A DNA stretch of 64,000 nucleotides, taken from the NCBI GenBank assembly GCA_965223325.1, contig CBDCWI010000002.1, forward strand, positions 1,408,001-1,472,000, given 5' to 3'. A program made the position numbers and the translations under genes. How positions within the stretch are numbered: position 1 is the stretch's first letter; the number at the start of each line of letters is the position of its first letter. The DNA is from Candidatus Multivoradales bacterium (lineage in GTDB: Bacteria; Acidobacteriota; Thermoanaerobaculia; Multivoradales; Multivoraceae). The notes under the pieces were generated by a model. That model was not told where the DNA came from and ran no database searches. It worked only from the letters and a program-made list of their open reading frames with translations. Shown one piece after another: positions 17,947-27,900 of this stretch.

Positions 17947-20367
17947 TCACTCGCCATAGGCTGAGTCTTCTGCCGGGAAGAGGGTCTCGAGAATGTCGTC
18001 CTGCTGGCCTTTCCAGCCCGCAAAGAGTGGTGTGTAGCCCATCGGCAGTTCAGTGACCGGCACCTGCTGCTGGCGCAGCTCTTCGAGAAGCCTCTTGCTT
18101 GCCTCTTCTGCAGTGAGGGTATTGCCGAAGTCGTAGTCGCGATTGCTGTAGGTGACAAGAACATGCTCCGGCTTGGGGCCGCCGGCCGCGATGAGACGCG
18201 TGATCTCCTCCACCATCGGGTCGGTTGGGTAGAACGTCTGCAATGCGGCTCTCTGGAACACTTCGGGTAAACGAAGTGCAGCGTAGATCGCCGAAACCGC
18301 TGCCGAACCCGGTCCCATGATCGCACGGTTCTTCCGATCGGTACGATAGTGGCGGTCGACGTGCGGAATCAGCTCGGCGGTCAAGAACCGGTTGTAGTCG
18401 TCCGCCTTTGCGCCGCCATACTCGGCCGCATCCGACCGCGGAACGAAAACCGCGACCAGCGGCCGCACGCTCTTGCCCACCAGGTTGTCGAGCGTGTTGG
18501 AAAAGCTCGCAAAGTCGAGGTATTGGCCACCGTGGTTTACGTACAGCGTCGGGTAGCGAACGGTCGCATCGGCATCGTAGTCGTGCGGGCGCCAGACCTC
18601 GATCTGCCGCGTGTTGTCGAGGATCTCCGAACGGAACTGAAAAACGTCGATCGTCCCGCGCTGGGCATCCTCAGCCGGGTCGTCGAGATGTGACTCGGCG
18701 GGCCAGCCCGGGGTGTAGACCTGGGAGAAGACCGCGAAGCCCTCATCCGACGATTGTGGGTTGGAAGGGTCGGGTCCCGGTGACTCGTAGTCGACCGCCA
18801 GCTGATAGGCGTACTGCGATGCTGGCTGGAGCTCGACACTGTGCCACCAAAGGTCGGTCCCCGCCAGGTGCTCGAACGCCTCTGCCGGTTGGCCGTTGAA
18901 ACTGATCGCCACGTCCTGGGCTTTACCGCGATGGAAGAAGTGCACCAGTCCGTCTTCGCCTTCGATGAGCGGCGACTCTTCGATCGACGCGAAGCGTTCC
19001 TCGACCGCCGCCTGGCGCCGACCCTCGGGCATTGCCTCGACCCCTTCGAGCCAGGCACCGAAATCGCCGAGGCGTGCGGTTGTCTCGACGGGCGCCAGCG
19101 TCGGCTGGAGATTGCGATCGACCCTTACCTTCGCCAGATGTGAAAGGTTGCGGACGTAGAACGCACCGTCTCCAAACGCCGGGAACGGATGGTCGCCGGC
19201 CTCGAGTGCCTTGATCCGGGTGACCTCGCGGTAGCCGTCGGGGTTGGCGTCGACGATGACCAGGGCACCCGAGCTCTCGAGCACCGCCAGATCGTCACCG
19301 ACACGCGCTAGACCCAGTGACTCGAGCGCGCGAACCCGCCAGGCGATCTCGCCGGTGGCGACGTCGACAGAAGTGAGAATCGAACCGGTGAAACCGTACA
19401 GGTGCCCTCCCACCCGCACCGGAATCGCGTAGCCGCGACCCAACGCCCGTGTACTCCACACTTCTTCGACTTCATCAAGAGTCGCCTGGTAGAGCTTCGC
19501 GCCTGCGTCGTAGTTGACCACGAAGCGACCGGCCCCGAGATCGACCACGTGCGGCAAGTCCTCCGTCTGCGTCCCTTCTGTATGCCTCAAACTCCACAGC
19601 ACCCGACCGTCGCCGGCATCGAAGGCCAGCAGGTGCTGGCGCCCTGCCAGCACGATGACCGCACGACCATCAATCTCGAGGACACTCGGCGTCTGGTAGG
19701 CGACATCGTCAGTGCCCGAGGTCCAGGCAGGTTCGCCGGTGATCCGATCAAGAGCAGTCAGAGCGTGCCCCTCGCCACCGGTGGCGATATAGACCAGGTC
19801 GCCAAGGACCACCGGCGAAGTCGCGTACCCCCACTCGGGAGTCGTCGAGTTGTCCTCAGTCAGATCGAACTGCCACTTTCGACTGCCAGTCGCGGCGTCA
19901 ACCGCTACTACCTGCCCATGCCCCCCAACCAGATAGACAACCCCCCGATCGATCGCCGGCGTGCTCATCGGACCGTCATCCGAACCATCGTGACCCGCGT
20001 ACTTCGGACCGATCTCGTAGCGCCAGATCTCGTCCCCAGAGGCAGCCTCGAACGCCGCCAGCACATCCACCTCGCCGCTGGTGAACGCGGTGACGACGCG
20101 ACCGTCGGCAAGCGAGATGTTCGAGTAGCCCGAGCCAATCTCGATTTGCCATTCAACGGCCAGACCGTACGGCCCGTCGGGCAGCACTGGCTCCGCCTCG
20201 AGGTCGTTCGCACTGCCGCGAAACGACGACCAGGTGTCGACCTCGGCGGCGTGAGCGGGCGAGAAAGAGAACACCAGCGCCAGGCCGAAACCAGCGACGA
20301 GGACCGGAATCAAAAGGCGATCGAAAGCGAAAGGGCGAGCGACTCCGTCGAGGTAGAGCAAGGCCAT
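17947..20367 (-). CDS. PQQ-like beta-propeller fused to an Ig-like domain and a Fes-type alpha/beta hydrolase
   Basis: WSSFRG, GYS, GPMSTP and WGYATSP propeller motifs; FRSEILDNTRQIEVWRP.DY, YPTLY.NHG, ELIPHVDRHYRT. Start uncertain. Confidence 0.75.
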   Translation of the reverse strand: MALLYLDGVARPFAFDRLLIPVLVAGFGLALVFSFSPAHAAEVDTWSSFRGSANDLEAEPVLPDGPYGLAVEWQIEIGSGYSNISLADGRVVTAFTSGEVDVLAAFEAASGDEIWRYEIGPKYAGHDGSDDGPMSTPAIDRGVVYLVGGHGQVVAVDAATGSRKWQFDLTEDNSTTPEWGYATSPVVLGDLVYIATGGEGHALTALDRITGEPAWTSGTDDVAYQTPSVLEIDGRAVIVLAGRQHLLAFDAGDGRVLWSLRHTEGTQTEDLPHVVDLGAGRFVVNYDAGAKLYQATLDEVEEVWSTRALGRGYAIPVRVGGHLYGFTGSILTSVDVATGEIAWRVRALESLGLARVGDDLAVLESSGALVIVDANPDGYREVTRIKALEAGDHPFPAFGDGAFYVRNLSHLAKVRVDRNLQPTLAPVETTARLGDFGAWLEGVEAMPEGRRQAAVEERFASIEESPLIEGEDGLVHFFHRGKAQDVAISFNGQPAEAFEHLAGTDLWWHSVELQPASQYAYQLAVDYESPGPDPSNPQSSDEGFAVFSQVYTPGWPAESHLDDPAEDAQRGTIDVFQFRSEILDNTRQIEVWRPHDYDADATVRYPTLYVNHGGQYLDFASFSNTLDNLVGKSVRPLVAVFVPRSDAAEYGGAKADDYNRFLTAELIPHVDRHYRTDRKNRAIMGPGSAAVSAIYAALRLPEVFQRAALQTFYPTDPMVEEITRLIAAGGPKPEHVLVTYSNRDYDFGNTLTAEEASKRLLEELRQQQVPVTELPMGYTPLFAGWKGQQDDILETLFPAEDSAYGE

Positions 20368-20530
20368 CTCTCCTAGGGGTGTGTTCCAGGCGGTGGGTTT
20401 CAAGGGGTGTTTGAGGGCGGTACTTCGCCTCCCTTAGAAACCCGACGTGCCGAGAAAGTTCCCAAAAGAGTGGAAAAACTCGACTCTGGGACGAGTGGCC
20501 GGTGGCGTCACACCAACCGCTGCCAGGCCC

Positions 20531-21616
20531 CTACTTTCCCAGGTCCTCAAGGGCCTCTTTTTCGAGCAAGCGAGCGCCGCGCATGATGTTGCCGAGCGCA
20601 TAGTTGCCCTCGTGGCAAGCGTACTCGTAGACCTTCTCTTCGGGCGCATTGCGCCAGATGTACTCGCCGGTCCACGGCTCCTCCCACACGGTGTCGTCCT
20701 CGACCGTAAAGCGGTAGAGCAGGTTGCCGTCGTCTTGCCTGGTCAGGTGCTCGGTGACTGTCATGTTTTCCGAACCGCCGCGACCCTGCACCCCGGGGCG
20801 AAAGTTGGTGGTCTCGATGACCAGGGTGTCGCCCTCCCACCAGCCGATCGAGTCGCCGAGCCACGAGCGCTCGTCGGGGGGAGCGTGTTCTGAGTTCATC
20901 CGCACGATACGCGCATCGTGATTCATCTCGATGAGGATCATGACGTGGTCCTCGGTCTGGATGACCCGCTTGTAGTTGTTGTAGAGCGACGGGAAGGTGG
21001 GAGTGGCGCCGGTGAATCCCAGCAGACAACGCTCGGCGGTTCCCCGCTGCTCCATGTTGTCGTAGGGGCCGGGTACGACGTCTTCGTAGACCCACCAGGC
21101 CCTGCCTTCGTTGGCACGACGGAAGCTGGAGAAGCGCTTCATGCGCTCCTTGCGTGCCTCTGGTGTCATCGCCGGCATCTGGCCGTCCTTCGGCTCGACC
21201 AGAATCGAGGTGCGGAACTTGCCGTCGACGAGGAAGGCGTCGGAGCCACGGTCGATCCAGAAGGTGTTGTAGCCACCGACGTTGCCAGCGGCGCCCTCCG
21301 AGCCGTCTCCACCTTCAGGCGGCGCCTCGCGGTCGGGGTCGCTGGCCTGAGAGCGTGACTCGAGCAGGAGGCGCTCGGCCTCGGCAATCTCTTCGGCTTC
21401 TTCGGGGGTCAGATAGAGGTTGTCGCCGTACTCTCGAGGACGCACCAGCGGCGTGAGGGTGGCGGCGTCGTAGGTCCCCGAAAGGTCCGGTTTGCCGTAG
21501 GACGTCCGCCGGACGCCTTCGTCTTCGGCCGGCGCGGCGCCTACCAGGGAAGCAACGAGTGCAACGAACGAGAGGGCGGCGAAGGTCCGAGCGGGAAAGC
21601 GGAAACGTTGCTTCAC
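20531..21616 (-). CDS. Conserved exported hypothetical protein (GKPDLSG...EYACHEGN family)
   Basis: Signal peptide; GKPDLSGTY, WLGDSIGWWEGDTLVIETTNF, YEYACHEGNY; AGGAGG RBS. Confidence 0.75.
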   Translation of the reverse strand: MKQRFRFPARTFAALSFVALVASLVGAAPAEDEGVRRTSYGKPDLSGTYDAATLTPLVRPREYGDNLYLTPEEAEEIAEAERLLLESRSQASDPDREAPPEGGDGSEGAAGNVGGYNTFWIDRGSDAFLVDGKFRTSILVEPKDGQMPAMTPEARKERMKRFSSFRRANEGRAWWVYEDVVPGPYDNMEQRGTAERCLLGFTGATPTFPSLYNNYKRVIQTEDHVMILIEMNHDARIVRMNSEHAPPDERSWLGDSIGWWEGDTLVIETTNFRPGVQGRGGSENMTVTEHLTRQDDGNLLYRFTVEDDTVWEEPWTGEYIWRNAPEEKVYEYACHEGNYALGNIMRGARLLEKEALEDLGK

Positions 21617-21711
21617 GGTTCTGTCCTCCTACCGATCGCAGAAAGCGCAACGATCGGTTCATGTTCGCGAGAGCCGAGGGGGCTCTGCGCAGTATAGACC
21701 GATCGTCCAAT

Positions 21712-21747
21712 CCCCAGAGGAGGCCCCAGAGGAGGCCCCGGAGGAGG
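21712..21747. repeat. 12-bp direct repeat CCCC(A/G)GAGGAGG x3
   Basis: Read directly, just upstream of a TATACT -10-like box on the minus strand. Confidence 0.7.
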
Positions 21748-21842
21748 ACCATGGGAGGCAGTCCTCTCTACCCTGCGACGCCCTGAACGATGGCGCTGGC
21801 GGAACTCTACGGGCGGAGCTGGTGTTTCCAGCCGTTCAAACG

Positions 21843-21878
21843 AAAAGCTTCCCGAGGCACCAGAGCGCCTCGGGAAGC
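21843..21878 (-). terminator. Intrinsic terminator of the giant gene
   Basis: 12-bp stem GCTTCCCGAGGC/GCCTCGGGAAGC followed by TTTT on the minus strand. Confidence 0.75.
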
Positions 21879-21906
21879 CGTTCATTGTCTCCAACTGTGG
21901 TAACGA

Positions 21907-24900
21907 CTACTCGCCGACGACCCTGCTCCAGGCCGAGGTGCTCGAGGACTCGAAGTCGTCACCGAAGAGGCTCGTGTCCTCCATCGGAAGACCGCCAACC
22001 CGGAGGGCGGGATCGCCCAGCAGGTTGTAGATCTCGAGCATGTGCGGGAAGTCGATGTCGGAGCCTTCGTAGCCCGCCATCGCATCGCGCATCGCCTCAC
22101 CCAGCGTCTCGCGTTCGCGAAGCGCGGTGACGAAGGCCTTGTTGAGCTCGTGGGCGCCATCGTTGATCGACAGACCCGATGGTGCCCAGACTGCGACCGC
22201 ACCACCGTCTTCGTCGGCAACCAACGCTTCACCCAGGGAGGTGTAGCCCGGCAGCTCGAAGCGTCCGACGCTGCAGGTCATGCTCGAGACGATCGGCAGG
22301 CGAGCCTGCGGTCCGAGTGTCGCGACGTCGGCGGTGGTCAACAGCCCCTCGGCGGCGAAGCGATCGAGACCGCCATGGCCGATGAAGTTCACCATCCACA
22401 CGCCGTTCTCGATGGCCGTCTTGATCGTCGCCCTGATCGTGGCCTCCGCACCCGGCGTGAAGTACGCCTTGTCGAGCTTGTAGCCATCCAGGAGGGCTGC
22501 AACTTCTTCCGCATCGCCGTCGAAATCGCCAGCCTCGTCGTCATTGTCGGCAACCAGGAGGACGCGATCGACATTGGGTGCGCGCGTACTCTCGAAGCCA
22601 GCCATCTTGGAGATGAAGTCCATGAGCTCGACTTCCGAGACCGCCGGGATGCGGCCAACGATGACCTCTGGCACGCCGTCGTCACCGACGACATCGCCGA
22701 GGCCAGCGTCCGAGGCGAACAGACCCTGCGGAGTCGCCACCATCTCGGGCGGCGCCAGGTTGGTGTTGGCCTCCTGGACTCCCTTGAAGTCGAGGGTGCC
22801 CTTGCCAACGATGACCGCGTACACCGGCTTGGTCGACCAGCTGTTCCAGGCCTCGGCCAGGTACGCACCAACCGCCGAGCCCTTGCGCTGACCGTCGCCG
22901 TACTCATCCCAGACGTCGAGCAGGTCGACGACACTGGTGCTGAGTCCATCGAGCGCCCGGTAGTTGGCGAGCTCCTGTGCTCCGCTTGCCAGTTCAGGCG
23001 GTGCGAAGACCAGGTACTCGGCTTCTACCATCGTCGGCCTACGCGAAGCCGTCGGGGTGAGGTTTGTAACGGCTTCGGAACCGTAGAGGAAGTAGCTCGC
23101 ACCAGCGGCGGCGTTCCAGGAGTAGGTGGTCGAACCCGCCTGCTCGTCGACCGCGCCGCCACTCAAGCGGACCGCCATCCTCGGGTCACTGACGTCGAGG
23201 GCCTGGACGGCCGCTGAGCTGAAGCCGCTCACCTCATGGTTGCCGCCACTCTCGGCGACCAGACTGAGCTGGTTGGACTCAGCTGCTGGGTTGCGCAGGT
23301 AGTCGACGGTGAACTTGTCGAGGTAGACGACACTCTGGGCGACACCCGGGTGCAGAACTCCGACCAGCTCGAGCGTGTTGCTCGCCTGGAGGAGACTGCC
23401 CTCGAACGTCAGCTGATGCGTGCGCGGACCGTCACCGTCCCAGTCGACCTGTCCGATCGACACGTCGTTGAGTAGAACCTCGAGACCATGGTCGGGGTTG
23501 TCGGCCGCCTTGGTCGCGGAGTAGACCTCGAGCGAGACCGTCGCCATGCCGGAACCGGCCGCGCCGTCGAGCTCGAAGCCAACTGTCTGCGTACCCGCAG
23601 TCGGGTTGCCGGCTACGATCGGCTTCCAGTACCAGAAATCCACGGTGTCGTCGCGCAGCGCTGCCGTAGCGTAGAAGACGTCGTCTTCGAAGACCGCACT
23701 GGCACCTACCGGGTTGCTCGAGGCACCTCCAGCCGGTACCGCACTGCTCGTCGGCGCTTTGGATCCTGCTGCCAGTTCGACGAAGTAGACGTCGTAGTTG
23801 GCGAAGTGTGAACTCGGTGCCGGAGCGTAGAAGCCCACTGCTGAGGCGACTCCGAAGCTGACATCCAGCGGCCACCAGGCGACGTCCTCACCGTTCGAAA
23901 CGATGCGCAGGTCGCCTGTCGCGATGCCCGCCTGTACGGATTCCGACGTAGCGGCGGTCACCGCGGCGATGTCAGCAACGGAGACGCGGTAGACGCCTTC
24001 CGCTGTGACCTCGACCCGTGCCCGGTCGCCGACCGCACCGGCTCCGGCCGCCAGACCGGCACGCTGGCGGAGATTCCGGTCGAGACCGTCGACCCGCGCC
24101 TCGTGGACCGCGCTCGAGCGCACGCTGCGCTCGACCCGATCGACCGGCTCGGCTGCTACGTCCTCGGCGGTGGCCATGTAGGGACCATGCCACTGCTCGA
24201 CGCCGCTCATCTCGATCTCGAGGACCCAGTACTCGTACTCGACCCCCGCCTCGGCGCCGGCATCAGGCAAGCGATAGGTGCTGCCCTGTCCTGCACCGAC
24301 GACGGCCGGGATCATCCTGTCGTTGGCCTTCTCGAAGGCGTCGCCGTTCGAGCGGTAGAGCCAGTAGCCCACCGTCCCGACTTCGCTCGCCGTCTGAAAC
24401 TCGACCTGCACACCCCGCGGTCCGCGCTTCGTCTCGAACTCGCTGACCAGGGCATCCGTCGAGGGACGGGAGTAGCCGAAGTCGTGGTTGGGTGAATTGG
24501 CACCGGAGATGCTCACCGGCTCGACGCTGGCCGTGGCCAACTGCGTCGTCTGGATGGCACCGTCGAGGAATGAGCCGGAGGTATCGACCACCACGATCCA
24601 GTCGGTGCCATTGGGCAGACCGGTGAACTGGTAGGAACCCAGGTTCGGCGTGGTTGCCTTCGAGGTCTGCGTACCGAACATCGGATCGGTGGGATCGAGA
24701 ACCCCATCGCCGTCCAGGTCGCGGTAGAGCTCGACGGTGACGTTGCCGACACCAGATTCGGCTGGGGGCTCGCGGTTGCCGTCAGCGTCGCCGTCGAACC
24801 ACACCGTGCCGCTCAAGCTGTACGACGTCACGGAAGCGGTGAAGCCGAAGTCCGCGGTGAGGACCGCCGGAGTACGCGACGAGGTGATGGTCACGGGGTA

Positions 24901-27900
24901 GGGACTCGCTTGGGAGTTGTTGTCCTGGCCCGTCGCGCCCGACGTCATACCGAACTGGTCGGTGACGTCCTCGGTGTCGTGCACGATCACGAAGTAGGTC
25001 CCGAATGGAACGTTCTTGAACAGGTAGCCGCCGTCGCGATCCGTCTTCTGCTGCTGCTGCAGACTGTCGATGCCCGCCTGGTAGGTCCCATTGGCGTTCT
25101 CGTCCTTCCAGAGACCGAGCCAGACGCGCTCGAGGCCCTGCTCGCCCACATCGTAGACGCCATCGCCATCGACGTCGTGCCAGACGAAGTTGCCGACCGT
25201 ACCGAGACCCGGCGATGAGTAGCCGAAGTCCGCATCGGTGTACTCAGCGCCGGCCGCCAAGGCGATGAGGGCAGTCGGGTTAGAGGCGGTCGTCAGGTTG
25301 AGACCCGAGAGGATGCCAGAAAGGTCGGTGACTTCGACGCGGTAGTCGCCGGCAACCAAGCCTGTGAAGCCATAGATGCCGCCCCCACCAGTCGTCGTCG
25401 TGGCCACCAGATCGCCGTTCGAGTCGGTGAGGTTGACCGTCACGTTCTTGATTCCGGGCTCGCCAGCATCCTGCACACCGTCGCCATCGACGTCGTGCCA
25501 GACGCGATCACCGATCCCACCCGTTGCACCACCGGTGAAGCCGTAGTCGGCGAGCAGCACGTCGGCCGAAAGGTCGACGTAGAAGCCTTCGGCGGCCGAG
25601 GGCTGGTTGGTCGGCGTGGTTCCGATGCCGGCCGGAAGATCACTCGTATCAACCGTCGCGGTGTAGGTACCGGTCTGGGTAATGCCAGTCACCAGATAGA
25701 AGCCGTTTGCCTTGGTGGTGGCCGTCTGGCTGTAGCTACCCGGGCCGGTCACTGTCACGTCGACGCCCTTGATTCCGGCCTCACCCTTGTCCTGGAGACC
25801 GTTGGCGTTGTCGTCGTGCCAGATGAAGTCACCGAGTGCCACGCCGGTGGCCGGCGCATAGCCGAAGTCGGCGTTCATCAGGTTCTCACCCGACGGCAGG
25901 TTGACCAGGGCCTGCGCCGGGGTTCCGGTCGTAGCGCTGAAGCCACTCGGCAGGCTGCTTTCCACTGGATCGACCCAGTAGGAGCCGGCGAGCAGCGACC
26001 CAAAGGCGTAGAAGCCGTTCGAGTCGGTCGTCATCGTGCTGAGCAGGGTGTCGTCGCCACCCGGCTCGAAGCTGCCATCGCCATCGTCGACGTAGAGACG
26101 TACAGTTACGTCGGCGATGCCTTCTTCGGAGCCCTGCTCGGTACCGTCGCGGTTGGCGTCGAACCAGACCGTGTCGCCGATCGAGCCAACGACCGGGTTG
26201 TCACCGAAGCCGAGATCGAGGGAGTGCATGTTGACCCCGGCGCCACCGGTGTTGACCACCGCACCCACGAAGGTCGTCGCCGCACGCGTGCCGCAGCTGA
26301 CGCTCGAGGCCTCGGAGTCGTGCAGGTCGGAGCCCTGCCCCGCCACGGTCGCCTGGTAGCCCGCCAGGGCGTTGCCACTGGTGAAGTTACTGTCCTTGAC
26401 CCGAATGTAGTAGGTCGAGTTATAGGCGATCGATCCGCTCACCTGGCCGACGGACGCATCACCCATCGAATGCGGAGCGCGAGGATCGGTCGAACCGATG
26501 AAGTAGAACTCACCGGCGGCGTTGGTCGTCGCCGAGGCAACCACCGCGCAGCTACCGTCGAGCAGCTCGAGGTCGACCCCGCTGAGCGGTGCCTCCCCCG
26601 CATCCTGGATGCCGTCCTCATCAATGTCAGCCCAGACGCGGTTACCGATCTCGATCGATGGTGCGTCGCAGAGGATCTCGACATCACCGAGACCGTTGGT
26701 CTTGCCGTAGACGTCGCCGTGACCGGAGATCACGTCGTACTGGCGGGTCTTGGCACCGTCGGCGGTGAACCACGAGAAGCCGTTGAAGAACGCGTAGTGA
26801 CCATCCTTGGTACTGGCAATGATCTCGGGGAATCCCGGGCGTGAGGCCAGGCCACCGAGGGCCGACTCGCCGCGAAACGCAGCACTGTCGTCGGCAAAGT
26901 AATACTCACCGCCGCCGATGCCCTGGGTGTTGTTGGCACCGAGAGTCGTCCGGCCACCGCAGCTGCCATTGTTCTCGATGGTCCAGGTCGCACCGACCTT
27001 GCAGGCACGCAAGATGTCGCCTGAGGCCGTGACGTCTTCGTGCTTGAAGTCACCCGAGCGTGAACGAATGCCGATCACCATGTCGCCCTGGTCGAATTCG
27101 ATGTCGGCGACCATCGGTTCTGGCGACCTGCTCATGAAGCCCCAGGGAACGAACGCATTGCTGTTGAAGTCGCGATGCAGGTAGGTCAGCGGGACGTTCA
27201 GCACCTGGGTGAAGGTGTCGGTCGTTGGGTTGAAGGTGTAGACGTAGGCCTTGAGGTTGGCTGCAGTCGCTGTGCTCTCGGCACTGCAGACCACGCCGAC
27301 GTAGACGTTGTCGTCGGTGGCGTCGGAGTGGTTGAAGCCGAGGCCCCATGGGCGAATGTCACCGTCGTTGACGCAGTCACCCTGGTCGAGCGGAATGGCG
27401 TGACGGAGAATCGCTGACGCTGCCGGTGCGGTACCGCCGGCGCCCAGCGGGAGCTCGACGAGCTCGCGATAGCTGTCAGCCACATTGATCGCCCACAGGG
27501 TCTGCTCATCTTTGCTGAGCTCGATGTCACCGAGCCCGACCTTGCCGATCTTGGGATCGAGCAGCGGCGGCGGGTCAGTGATCGTGCCGGAGTAGTCGGA
27601 GATCGAGTGCTCGCTCAACATGGCCGCTGCCAGGTCGATGAACAGCGTCACCGTCTCCGGGTCGGTGCTGTAGTCGATTGAGTAGATCGCACCGAGACCG
27701 TCCGGCGGCAACGAGGTCGTCGCGCTGGCGGTGGCACCGGCAAACAGCTGCTGGCTCGAACGATGGTAGGCAAGGCCGTAGAGCGAGCCCACCTGAGCGG
27801 CCGAGGCCGGGTAGTTGTGCGACGCACCCTGGAACCATGGCGGGTCCTGATCGCTGGCGTCCCAGGGGAAGTCGAGAACCGCAGCCAGGCTCTGGTCGCC

